Assembly: GCF_964355755.1 (NCBI RefSeq)
Contig: NC_092680.1
Location: 15,323,045-15,387,044, forward strand
Direction: 5' to 3'
DNA length: 64,000 bases
Source of the DNA: Antedon mediterranea
Taxonomy: Eukaryota; Animalia; Echinodermata
The notes below the pieces were generated by a model that was not told the DNA's origin, searched no databases, and saw only the letters and a program-made list of their open reading frames with translations. Position numbers and translations under genes: made by a program. Positions 39,501 through 53,600 of this stretch are shown piece after piece; the first letter of the stretch is position 1, and the number at the start of each line of letters is the position of its first letter.

Positions 39501-42500
39501 CTGTGTACCGTAGTTCTTCAATAAATCCACGCTCCAAAAACAAGTCCTATTTGAAAAAAAAATGTTTAATCACTTATCCGATTCTATTTTCAGTACTAAG
39601 CATGATAGTCCTTCATCTTTAAAATTGGCATTTCATACATAACTGGAAACATCAAGGTATAAGCTATTGTAGGTAAATACAGTAACATGCCAATGTATAA
39701 CAATCTAATTAACATCATTCTCCCTTGATTAATATGAATACATGTAAAGTGTTGATATAAAGTTAAACGTACGTCGTATGTTTTAAATGAAGGAGCTGTT
39801 GAGTTTTCATAACTAAAATATACGTGGTGTAGACCTACCGCAAATTCTATATCAACATACTGATTTCGCCATGTAAACCTTCAAACAATATAATACATGG
39901 AATATACTCGTACGGTATTCTACAGCAGTACTACATATGTGTGTTTTGTCATTTACATTTTATTATGAAATATATACTATATACGGTACTTACAATATTT
40001 GCAAGAATCCAATGAAATCCTTTAGTGACAATTCCATATTCGATGCCCTGTGAAATTACAATAGAACTGTTAATATAATATATTAACCGTAAAGAATGGG
40101 ATGTCAGCAGTGGTGGAATAGAGATAGAAAACTACTGCCGGGATGAGTGTTAAATAAAAACAAAATCTGTTATATAAATATTAGCACTTGTTTTAAAATT
40201 GTTAAGTAAAACATATGATTTGGAATAAAGTAAAAGAAATTCTAATTTAAAAAAAAATTCCATTTTCTTCGACATTAAAACATATTTTTGTATTGTGCAT
40301 TGTATATTTTTATTTTATGTCTGGTTCCGACAAATACTAACACTACTTTACTATATAATATTGTCCGCGGCGCGTGGTGTCAAGGATCGTGGAGCTAATC
40401 TTGTCGCAGCCACAGATAAATCATTTTTTCTCCGAAGCCCACCATCCTGTTGTTAACTGTTGATGGTGGGTTGAATTAAGATAAGGACGTAAAAATAGAA
40501 CGTAGATTGCCTTGATTGTATTATGAAGGTTTATACCTCTATGATTGTATCAAGTTATTTATTAGATGACATATTATTTACCTTTTCGATGACTTTCAAA
40601 GCGACTTCTTCTGTAAATGTGTATAGAATGATATTGTTTACGTCTTGTAAGCTATCAAGCTTGATGGCATCCGCAGTCTCCTGGAAGTCTTCTGAAAGTG
40701 GCAATAGACGAATGTTCCAGCCGTAGTCTCTTGCTCCAGCTAGCAATGGCGACAAATTTTCGACAACTAAAAGAAAATAATAATGTGTTACTCTATGATT
40801 TAATTATTTTCGACAAATAAATAACATAAGTGATGTGTTACTCCATGATAACATCATAGAGACAAATTTTCTCTATGGTCACACTGACACATCCCACTTT
40901 AGTTATTTTCTACAGATTAAAACCACATAGAACATAAAATAATGTTATACCTTTATGAGATAGAATTCATGAATTGTAAACCAGTAAAATAAATTACTGT
41001 ACCTGGCAAAAACAGTTATTTTACTGGTGTACAATTTATGAACTCTGTCTCATTACTAAATCGAAACCAGATGAAAATGTTTTTAAATGTTATACCTTAT
41101 AGGCCTAATGTTATATGGATTTTAAAATTTCTTCTTGAATATAATTCAAGAAATTTAAGTAAAATTATATCAGATATACTACTGTATAGGCCTACTTACT
41201 TTTACCGTTGTCGTAGAGTATTATAAAATCTACCCATTTAAAATATTGCAGCATGTCTACAAGCAAAGAATTGACATCTTCTGGTGATGGGTACATCTTT
41301 ATAGCTTCCGATCCCAAACTACCTGGATCAAGGTTAATAATGGGCCCAGTTGCGTAAGTGATGGTGTTTGACAAGTCATCGCAATCTTCGCAGACATCTT
41401 CCGGAAGGACCAGAGAAGTTATTCCCCGGCCTACGACTGATCCAGAACAAACTGAAAAGGCAACAAATGAAACGGCATATTACAATTTGAAATTTGTGGT
41501 ATACTAGTACACATATCATTGTATATTTACCCACATCCAACCTTAGTCCAGATTTAGGATTAATGCATGACGGTGATGTTTAGGCTAAAGTTTGACTAAC
41601 GTAGGTTAGGTTAATTGTGGGTGAAAGGAGAATACAGATCACTAGTTACAGTATTATATTTTATTTAGGTTTACTCGAGACATTGTACATTCAAATATTA
41701 CTGTAGGCCTACTGATTAGTACTGTTCTTTTATTGTCTGACAGTGATTTATTTTAAATATAACAATCTCAATCGGTCATCCTATAACGAGGATTTAAGAG
41801 ATATCTTACCGTAAACAAGAGACTGCCAATAAGAGCCGTATGTTTGTCTTTGCAGATCTAATCTGATAGTATCACGCCCCAGAAAATCTTCATCGTCTTC
41901 AACATGCTCCAGAGCATCACGCAGAATTTGATCGTACTCGCCATCTGCGCTACCTGTTCGTTCTCCAAGAATAGCAGCTACAAAAACACGAAATTATAAA
42001 ATGTTATAAGAATATCACACATGGCCTATATGTTATAATTGAAATGTTTAATTAACCAGTTTTTATTTGATTAAATTTATGATATCAATACTTATTGAGA
42101 AGCAAACAAATATTTCTCTAGACCGGCTCGATCATCCAACTTACCCCCGTTGGATATAATACACTAATGTCGAAGATTCCGTTTAAAACGTGTAATATTG
42201 TACGGTAGATAAAACTCATACCAGAATATTTTCATTTCATTTTTATGTTAAAAATATTCTCTATAATATTCAATATTCGTTATCAATAATTATATAATAT
42301 TTTGTTTTAAATTACTATTATCATTATTAATTCTAGGCCTAATTTTGTTTTATTAATATTCAAATACAACGGTACCGGTATTTAACCTATTATTTTTATT
42401 ATAATCTGTATAGGCGTATATGGGTTGAATATGGGTTTACCTAAATTAAATATGTATTACGAAATTAGACATGAAAAGTAGAACAATATCTGGAGTAAAA

Positions 42501-45500
42501 TGTTACTCTTCCCTGCCCGCGATACGCTGTGTAATTAGTGGACCTGTTGGACCATTTAATCATTTGATTGCTGCTATTAAAATATTCTACACAAAACAAT
42601 GGAACAATGGTATTGTGTTTTCGCGTAAACGCCCTTATTAATCATCATGTCTTCAAATTAACATATTTTTTTTTAATGGCAGTGTACAACAATAATGCAA
42701 ATGAGCTGCATATAAGACGAAATCACTTACAATACAGTAGCCTACTGAACACATCCTTTGTTAAAACACAATAAAAACCTAACATGCGTTTACAATAGGA
42801 AATTTCAGTAACAGGTATTTGAATAGTTAGTCGTTGTTTGAAAATCGATATTTCTTATAGCTGAATATAACAGTAGAAGTTCTATGTAGCATATTTAAAT
42901 ATTCATGTACAGTACACTTAAATGTTCATAGCCTGAATTGGATGTAGTGTTTGGAATATTTGTAATGATAGGCCTGCATAGGCCTAAAAAACATGGTTAT
43001 TGTGCTCAAATTGCAGAATACCGACAGTATTCTCTCTACTCTACGAAATATTCCACTTTTTTATACGGGACAAGAATTCTAAAACGAAGGAGACAAAGCT
43101 TCATTTAACCGTTGAATCATCTGCCTGACTGACTAAGTGAAAATAATATTTACAGTAAAGAAACCGAGGCTTACTGAGTAAATGGAGGGATACTGATAGG
43201 CATTGATCGCTGTTTCATTACAATCATTTACCAGAGAGTTGTTACAACCCTGCATTTACACGTTAACTTCCTCCTGCAGACTGTATTTTGAGAATAAGGT
43301 CATTGTCATTCACTCCCCAACGTCCAATCACCATAATTACCATTTGATTAATTACAATCATCGTGTAATTCAAGTACTTTTCACTTGTAAATATGGGACG
43401 CAAACCCACAAATTATTCCGAAATAATGTATATGTTTAACTTTAACCAGGTTTAACATGATATCTAAAATGACAGCTTGACGTTCCATTATGCGAGATGG
43501 TCGCAAAAACATGAACATTAAACTTTAGAATTTAAATTTCAAGTGGGCTGTTGGTTACTAAACATCGTACGATCGATGAAAGAATTTGTTTTTTCACATT
43601 TTTAAATCTCTGGGGCTATTTGATATATAACGCTAGTGCACCTGTGAATGATTTTATTTGAAAAGGTATTGTTCGAAGGCTGGGCCTCTGTTCCGACCCT
43701 TTGAATTCAAATCGGTTGATTTACGATCCTCAATGGTGGTGGAGCTTTTTCTTTGCAATATTATTAAGAGCCACAGAGGTACCTTTTTGTTTTCGAAACA
43801 TGCCTGAGGATTACGAAATAATTGCTTTTATTTATTTTGAGCTAGAATTTCGAGAGACGACGGAGCTTGTATATTGTTAACGAGGTTTTTTATTTGCTGC
43901 AGTTATATATGTCTCATCATTGTAATCCAGGTACACAGTTTACTTATTGTACAGGTACACTGGCATGGCAATTTCAGTCAAAGTGTTGAAACTGAGAATT
44001 AATTAATTTAATTTAATTAATTAATTTATAAAGAGTAATAAAGCAATACTATGTGAGAAAGTCTATAGGAATTTGTTTGCAAACAAAAAATGAAAACAAA
44101 ATGTAGATGAAAGGCACCAGTCCGTCTGAAAGCGTTTGATTTATTACCTCAGAACTTGACCCATGACCCACGATGTGTGTCTCAAGTAAATTAGGACATA
44201 CGGGTATAAACTCCAAAATAACAAATGATATTTTCAGATTCACAACGGAACAAACAGAAATAATATTCATTAACAAGATCTGATCACCAGGGTTTTTGAA
44301 ATTTTAATAGGTGTTCTGAAATTCTCACCGGGTGGAAGGAATTGACTTCCTTTGTGGATCAGGCAAACATTTCCTAATTGGCGTCAAAATGTCTATATTT
44401 AAAATAATATAAGTGACTTCAGAAAGCAGAAACGAGTTTGTACAATTGGTGATGAATCTCATTTTACACGGGGTTAATCACAATATTGTCAATGAATAAT
44501 TCTATAGGTGGATTAGCCTCATCAACGGCCAACAAAAGACATTATTGTGTTGTGAAAGTATTAGGAATTTATGACTCATAAACCCGATACATTTCCAATC
44601 ACCTACTGTGATAGTTTGGAGGGCGCCCTTATTTGTGATAATAACACATTATTAATTTAGATCTGAATTGATTAAAATATTAAAGTTTTAAAAATAAAAC
44701 AATGTTTTTAGTTTTAGAGTTGGATAGTTAGATTTATTGAAATATCTGTCAAACTCAGCTCAATGCACGCACAAATGATTCAAAGCCCCTTCTTGTACCA
44801 TATTTTTAAATACAGTGACATGCTGTTTTGAGGATCTATTCTCGTTTTTAATAAATTCTCATAATACCATTTAACTTCTTTTTCAGGAAATTATATCGTG
44901 AACCGCCAACCTTACTTGTGTTTCTTGACATGTTTAAATATGATTAATGTTGATCTATGAGGGTTAACTATACTGGTTGGTATTACTGTAGTTCAAAAAT
45001 GTAATTTTATCTTTTGTGTAAATGGGCACTAAGGCCACTCGATTAGTTTCATTAGCATAATTAAACTTAAAGGTAGTGTAGTTAGTACCCATAGACGTGT
45101 CCCTGCATATATTAACGAATGATGCATGAGTTTGTTTCGATCTTTTGTTTTCGTTCTGAATATGTAGCGTTAATTGATTTGTTTTTAATTGTGGTAGATA
45201 ATGAATAGTTGTGAGAAGTCCATTACGCCATCGACAAAGAATGTGTTTCCTTATATACAATACAGTATACTCTTTCAGCACGCCTTCTACACCTCAATGA
45301 GACTTCCATTAAAATGTATATACGTAGTGAATTACAGGCTAATAAATTAGAAATATGAGTACGGCGCCTAACGAAATGTGACGCTTTCCAGCCACAAAAA
45401 ATGGAAAGTAAAAGTCGCGCGTTCTCCGGAAACTCCATGCCCGGGATCGGAGACATTTAATGTATAACGTACGGTATGATTACATTTGTTTTGTAAACAT

Positions 45501-45878
45501 TTCAAATATACGCAAACATAATTAGTAATTATATTACTTATTTTATGAGCAAAAAAAGATTAATTGTTACAGAACAAGCTAACACACGCATAACATTGGA
45601 TACACAACATTAACCTTAGTTAATTATATTTTAGTATCGACATATTATTCTGTAAGCGACTGGTATATCAAATGTATGTTACCATCCACCAACCATCAAT
45701 ACTTACTTGTAATGACAATGATAAAACCAATGAATTACATTTCATTAAAAAAAATTAATAATCTATTGGTACGTAAAAAAAATAGAAAATGAAACTTACC
45801 CATTTTCAACTCGAGAGCTAAAGCCACTTGTTGGACTCCGATGGAGAGAAGCAACACAAGCGCCACTTTCATCGCCAT
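36513..45878 (-). CDS. Divergent ionotropic glutamate receptor, cluster gene 4 (~915 aa, 11 exons)
   Basis: Minus-strand exons 45878-45800 (signal peptide MAMKVALVLLLSIGVQQVALA), 41977-41810, 41451-41200, 40766-40582, 40047-39994, 39546-39356, 39198-39075, 38809-38702, 38598-38458, 38070-37789, 37676-36513. Total 2748 nt in frame. Confidence 0.92.
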
Positions 45879-47480
45879 GATATTTCAGTTATATTGTAGC
45901 TATAAATTTCGATATATTTATTAGTTGCACCGCGGAAATATGGAGAATACAAGATGGCGTTCGACGCCAAACTGTTTTCTGTACTATATTGAAAGTAGAA
46001 ATCGCTTGAATAGAGATGATTGTTATTCTGTTCTTGTGATCCGGGTCTACGACTAAGCCATCAATTCTACCTCGGAGGTCACAAAGAAAAGGAACAATAG
46101 CGAATTGGCTTTTGAAATGGAAAAGAATGATCGGCCTATGTCCTTCAATATGTAGAATTGTTGTTCAACCTTATAAGGGTCTATTGATTGTTTGAAAATG
46201 GTATTAATGATGAATTCCTGTGATGACGCTTAATCTGACAAAAACAGGTCAGAGCTTACCAGCTAAGGCTCCACCCACTAATGAGGTGATGCTTTTTTCT
46301 CGATATGCGCAGACGACAATTATTGAGTTGTTGATAGGTTTTTAACATAAATATACAGATATTATATGCCTAAAATAAACAATAATATCTATAATATATA
46401 TATGGTAAGCCTTATATAGATAATTTAGCAGTAATTAACATATTTATTCTACTACGTTAAAAAATATATTTAAAAATGTAGTTACAGAAAAGCTATCAAA
46501 ATACACTTTTAAAAAGGGGGCGCTACACACATTATTTCTTATGGTCTAATTATGGAACGTGTAATATACGAACCGGTATTAATGTCAAATCACATCGATT
46601 TAAGAATACAAATGTTTACATACAAAAATGAAATAGGAAATAATAATTGAATTCCAGACTTTCGAAATTAAACCTTACTAGGTACATGCATCAATCTGTT
46701 AGGTCTAGTATAATTATTTTCTTTAGTTAACAACGTTTATATCGAATCAAAGATCGAGTCAGACTATAATGTATATAGGCCTAATAAAATTATCACTATA
46801 AATACAATTGTATTATTTTGTTTACATTGTTTGACGTTAATATTAGTGCTAAAAACGCTATGAAGGATGTGATCTAGTATCTTGTACGTGTTGTTATTAA
46901 CAGGCCAGGCTATTTATTGACTGAAAAGGTGTTCTTTTTCTTTTAGTTTTTTTTAAATTTAGTTTTAAGATAAATAATCCACATGCTATGAATAAGCATA
47001 GATTCGTTAAATAAATAATGTTTATCATCTTAGGGCCAGGCAGAGTTAAAAACTAATATATTTTATATAAATATCTTAATATATAATATCGACAGAATTG
47101 TCAAAAACAATAATTAAAATCGATTCTTCTGAAAATAAAATAGTCACAATTAAATTTAAGCTACAACGACTAAACAACACATAACTTGAAAACCGTCGAT
47201 AGAAAATACCGTATTCGTCATTTCACTGTCCAACAGTTTAAGGCTGTTATTAATCATCAGACAACGTCTGTTTTACTAAGTCTAACGATACTTTTAGTTA
47301 GTTTACTAGCAGTAAAAACATAGAGGGCCTACTTTAAACATTCTTACTTAACTTGTTTTCATTGGTACAAAGCATTGTATATTATAAAAGCACATACTAA
47401 ACATTTAAATTGCATTCTATATAAACACGCCTTCTTTATAAATAAGAGTGTTTATCAAGACATACATCATTTGTTGATAC

Positions 47481-47660
47481 TAAGGTAATCTAACAACAGA
47501 ACGTTGAGCTCGCCTTGCCTAGGAACTCGTAACAGTCCTAAATACTAACTGAATTGAAAATAAGTTTTCGTAGTGGAACTGATCGTGTCGCAGCCACAGA
47601 TAAACTATTTGATTTCCGAAGCTCAGCATCCTGATGTTAGATTGTCATGTGGATACTAAT
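47481..47660. repeat. Dispersed repeat copy in the proximal 3' UTR of gene 5 (other copies ~49621-49795 and ~40385-40480)
   Basis: Shared blocks AAGGTAATCTAA.AACAG...GCTCG.CTTGCC...AACTCGTAACAGT and GTCGCAGCCACA[G/T]ATAAA...TCCGAAGC.CA.CATCCTG. Confidence 0.75.
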
Positions 47661-47679
47661 ACTGATCATGTAAAATTTA

Positions 47680-50600
47680 CTATAACCATTCTTTTAGTTT
47701 TGTTGTTGTTGCTTCTGTTTGCTCGTACACATTTGTTTCGTTACTACGCCCATTTCCTACGGAGTGACCTCTGCCATTAAATGGCTGCCTTTCTCTTGAT
47801 GGAATTATTGAAAAATGGCGTGGATAATGAAGCAACATATAACACATTAGTTCCAAGAAGAAAAACAGAAGAGAAAAAGCTATGCCAATAAACAAAATAT
47901 AATAAACACCCTTCAGATCTACAATAGTTAATGAGTACAATCCCTGATTGTTCCAGATAATAAATTTGTCATCACACTCACTTTTGGGTTGAAGCCACTT
48001 CGCCTTTAATTCTTCTAATACATTCCTTTCTCTTAATAATCTTATTGCGTATGATAGCTGATCTCGAAGTGGCGATCCTGACTGTACAGCTAATCCATAT
48101 CTTGATGTACCGATAGCCTGTGGTATAAGATAGACATTGCATGGTTCGTCTGTAATTGCGTTCAACATTAAAGCCGTGTCAGCTATAAATGCATACTTTC
48201 CATTGCTTTCACGAACCCTTTCGACACCACTTCCAACGTCACTGACGTAGGGATGCTCTATACTTGTGAACATGTACTCAAACATAGAATGGAGATCTCC
48301 AGTTTGAGAATTTTCTAGCATTGCATACGTAGATCCGTCCTCTACACAGCCATAAACAATATCTGTCTGTCTGAGAAGGTCTCGCGCTGTCTGATAAAAC
48401 GCTTGCTGTTTATTAACGCGCATGTAGTCTGAAAGATTTGCAAAATACGATGTTAACATTATGAGCGAAAACAACCACCACACTGCTGCTCCAATGCGAC
48501 CGGCATGCGAACGGGGAGATACGTCATAGCTTTGAAGAAATGCACTTGATGTTAAAAACCATATACAGTTCTTAAAATTAAAATTTTCCTCGTTTATTGG
48601 ATGAACTTGCTCTTTTCTGGCTGCGTTACTCCACTCTAATGGGCTATTTCGGTTGATGATCCACAGTAAAGAAGCTACAAGAAATAATGCTACTAGGTTG
48701 GCACACCATACTTCAGTGCCAAGTGGGAAGGCAAAACTAAAGTCTCGAGTATTGTATACGTAACTGGGATGCTTTACTAGTATTTGAACTGGACTTTCGC
48801 CAAAAGGTATTGTAAAATCAATTACTTCTTCGCGTTTATCAGTAATAATTAACGGGCCAGCAGCAACGTCAATTTCCTGCACAAAAATATAAAATAGTAA
48901 TATTACCTATGAAAACAATACATACCGGTAACAATAATGATAACAGAAATTTATATAACGCTGACCATATATTTTGTTTTTTTTTGCTCAAGAGATGGAA
49001 CTTTCAATTAAGGTTGAAAAAAGCGGGCGTAGAGCGGCATAGTGTGCTATGAGATTACATAGATATATTGTATTGTGAAAATAAACTGACTAAATAGTCA
49101 GCAAAAGCCATTAATTGATATACACAGCGTTGTTTATTGTGAGCCAATGAAGATTCTTAAGGATAGGAGTGGTGCCGGTAATTATGATGACAACGTGTGA
49201 AGGAATATGAAAACAGTAATACTACTAGTATATGCTTAAAGAGAAATACTGTAATACTAACCCCGTTGACTACTACGCTAGCCCACTCATTACTGTCCTC
49301 GTCACCATAACCGCCATTGTATACATTAAGTTCATAGTCAAAGTCAATGCCCTCAGTTTGTAATACATTACGCATTTCTGCCATGAGATCTGGAATATAT
49401 CCTTCATACCGTGCATTACCTTCCAGAAATTCGTTGTTTTCGTCATGTTCAATTTCCATCATAAATGGTGAAATCTAAGAAAAATCAAGAAACTAGAATT
49501 CTAGCAATTTCATAAAATATAGACAAGGAATATAACGCAAACCTTCATCCACATAAAACGCCAAAGAAAAAACCCGTTTTGACGAACTTGCAAGCACCCT
49601 ACATACAGGCCCAATGTTACCAAGGTAATCTAATAACAGGACAGTAAGCTCGTCTTGCCAAGATAGAAACTCGTAACAGTTCTTTGATCTTATGTCTGGC
49701 TGCGAAAAATACCAACAGTACTGTACCATGTACATATTCTACGCGGTGCGCGGTGTCTGGAAAACTGATCGCGTCGCAGCCACATATAAACAGTTGCTGT
49801 TAGATTGCTTTGCTTTGACGAACTTGCAAACATCCTACATAAGGCTCAAATAAGTTACCAGCTAGTCCAGATGTTTAGTCAGAATGGGAAGACCGATAAT
49901 TAGTGCAATTTTACAATAATGACTTACCATGACGCTACCGATGGAGACTTGGTCTCCAGCTGTCCACATAGAGTTAATGTTTAGGTGGACAACTTCAGCA
50001 TCCAATTCATCGTTATACAATTTCTCCCATTGATGACGATTTTGAATCCATTCTCCACGCTATAAATTTAATGATTAACAATAACACATGAATGTAAATT
50101 TTCATATCACCATGTCATTATTTACTAACGAATGTCAAAAATAAGATATAGACCCCCAGATTACATCCCTAACGCAAGTGTTTGTTTCTTTGTTTTGATT
50201 GATTTTTTGATTTGAACAAACAAAATATCTTCTACTGACGATAAAATCGCAAGACAGTTTTATCCTTAAAATAGACTGAAAAAAGCATAGGCGCCCTCAT
50301 ACTTCTGCAAAATAATGCTACGGTTAAAGGTTAAGTTGAGCACTTTTTAATCTTAAGCCTGTCCGGTTCTCTAGCTCTGAATCCGCCACTGTTTAGGATA
50401 AACATTCAGGTTTTTGTATCAGACTAAACCAGAAAATAACAATCAATCTTACCTGAAAATCCATGCTACCTCCTTTGCCGCTGAAGATTGATATCGAATA
50501 ATTTATACGTTTTCCCATCTCGTTGAAAGCAACGTTTCCCGTAAGGCCTTGCAGTTGCAACTATATAATAAAAGCATCATCCAAGTTAAGTCATGAATTT

Positions 50601-53600
50601 ATTCAAATATTTACACTATATTTATTGTATTTACATAATGTCTTATGTAACGAAGTTAACCTCACCACTTTCAAATACGACATGAGAATAGAAAAACTAT
50701 CAATAATTTGAAATTCAGTTGGTAAAATGAATGTTATCTAAAATCATATGTTATGGTTGTATACAAGTTGCAAAATAGGAAATGAATGTTTTTTTTAAAA
50801 ATATAATAGTATGAATAATTATTTATGTTTATGCTTACGTCTTTCATAAGATGATCTGCGAGTGGATTTCTAGGCATTTTCCAGCCTTCTTCTTCTTCAG
50901 CACATTTTGGCATTATGGTATTTCCAGTTAGGCCTATTGACGAATGAGGAGAGCCTTTCATTTCATTACTGGAAAATAGTAAACCAACAAATATAAATGA
51001 AAGGGAGTGAAATTATTGGCATCATTACTGGAAAATAGTAAACCAATATAAATGAAACTGTACCGCATGCAATTATTTGCTTCAATAAGAAAATGCAATA
51101 TAAAGAGCTTCGATATGCAACGAGCACCGACCTAACTATGTCAGGTCAATTGTCGGTCGTCGCCTGGACCTAGAAATCGGTGGAGGAGCGAGGATTCACG
51201 TGCCAATATCCCCGCATACGCAGAAATGAATGACGTAAATTGAAAATGGTGTTCATTATGTTCCAACATGTATGTTGTAGGCCTTTAATATACACATAAT
51301 AAAGTAGGCCTACCGGTTTAAAGTTAGAAACAAGAAAAATACACTTTAAACTACTCTTTTGGTTTGAAAGCCGTACCACGCTACATACAAAGAACAAACC
51401 GGTGGTGAGTTTTTTATTTGGTCACGTTTTGGTGATCAATCTCGAGTCACCAAGTGAACTGACAACGAATTCGTTAAATATTTATGTTACAATGTTTTTT
51501 CTACATTACCTGTAACTCTCTACAGCTTTCGAAAGAGCAAACATTGTATCAAATACAAGCTTTTGTCGGAACTTCCATTCTCCATGAGACTCTAAATTGT
51601 ACGTTGAATAAGCCACACTCGTATCAGCAGTCATTTTGAAACTAGTTACGTAGGCGTCGATTTCCAGAAGACTGTCAATATGTGTGCTATTGTAATAAAC
51701 GTCTGGATTTCCAATGATCCAATGATAATCAGTTTCCATCAGTCCATAGTCAATTGACTAAGAAATAAAGATAAAAATTAGAATAGCCTTGAAATAAGAA
51801 AAACATAATAGTATATCTATAAATAAATAAAATAACAGCAGAAAACTTGGTTACTTCATTGTTTTAATCACTACACATTTGTTTCGTACGACCAGCATGT
51901 AGCTGGCCGCACTCTTCAGGTGAAATGTAAAACATAAGTATATCTATAGTATGTCTAAGTTTCCTAGTTATGAGGGGTTAGAGTGTGAGCAATGCGCACT
52001 CCGCGGCAATGGTTACACTCATCGGGAATTTGCGTGATGAGTACCCCGGTATAAATAATAATTTGATATGGAGAATTGAAATGTTCAAACATTTTATAAT
52101 CAGCCGTTCATCAACGAATAATGTTGAGATTCTTAATTGAAATTTAGAGTAACACGTACGCTCATCAATGTGTTTATCAGTACTTCTTCTGTTCCGCAGT
52201 AAATCAGAATATTTCTAAAGTTTCCTTCAAGAACTATCTCCTCCCACGATTCCGTATCGACATCAACAAATTGTAAGTTCCAGTTATGTTCAGATGCCTT
52301 ATTTTGAAACGGTTGCAGATTCCTATATACTAAATAAAGAGATAATAAAGATAATTATGTATAGTCTGGCATGGCATGATTAGATACTACAGCAATATTT
52401 CTTCTTACGGTGGTTCAACAAACACGGAATAGCCGCATTTTAAAACTTAAAGATATATTGTCCCCCTAAAAAAATTTTTTTTTAGAATTTTTTTGTTGAA
52501 TATGTTATTTTAATGTCACATAATAGTTATTCACTCTCACAAAAAATTGGGTCTGAAAAAAATTTATTTACCTGAGAAAAATGTGATTTAAAGCAAAAAA
52601 TTGTCAAATTGTCTGGAAGACAATGAGTTTTTTCGGTAATTTAACAGTTTATTTTGTCTTTTTATAGGTGAAATGATTTTTTTCCCCCGTTTTTTTTCTT
52701 ATGGAAGTGAACAACTTCATTAATACTGCAAAATGGCCTATTCAAAGTCCGATTTTAAAAATCTTTATTTTTCATGATTTTGGGGGACAATACATCTTTA
52801 AGTTTTGTGCAATCATGTGTGTGATAATTCTATATATTAATTTTTGTTTATGTCTTATATTTATCTGGGTTTTTTTTTCGAGTAATATTTGCCAATCTTT
52901 AAGAAGAATTTATATTCTTATTTATTATGATATATGGACAAACAAGGCATATTTCAGTATAATTCATTAAATGCTATTAGTACACAATAGCATGCGATAT
53001 ACTGGACAGATAATGACATACCGGTAACGTCATTAACGAGAATTGTTGGTGTACGTATTGGTCGTGGGCCTTTACTCAAGATGTTACTGCTCTCTTGTGG
53101 ACAGCCACGTCTGTGACCAGGCTACAACTTACCCATATGGGTGTCAAAAAGTACCAAAAGCTCTTTCCATTTGTAGTGAGAGATAACATCAAAGAACAGC
53201 TCATTCATGTCTTCAGGAGAAGGATGCATGTTGAATACGTGTGATCCAAGACTACCATGGTCCATACTGAAGATTGGAGTTGATCCCTCAACCAATGTAG
53301 CTGCTATGTCTAAACAATGTGTACATATGTCTTCACTTACAAGAAGCGCTGATGGTCTATTGTTTTTAATCCATTGACAAACTATAACAAAATAATATAG
53401 AATAAAACTGACTCATACATTGATGTTACAAACTGAAGGATCTTATAATGTCCGCAGTATTTTCATAAAAGAATGCATGTTTCCAGTTAACTTTAACTTT
53501 TACAAGTAGTAATTAAGTAGCATGTATCATATAATTTTGAATACATAACAAAAATTGTAAATTTACCAGAACTGGTTGCTTTCCAGTAATGTTCAAATTG

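Noticed and set aside
43170-43203. Possible alternative first exon for gene 4 (ATG CCT ATC...CA|GTAAG)
   Set aside because: The donor is phase 2, not phase 1, and no signal peptide is encoded.
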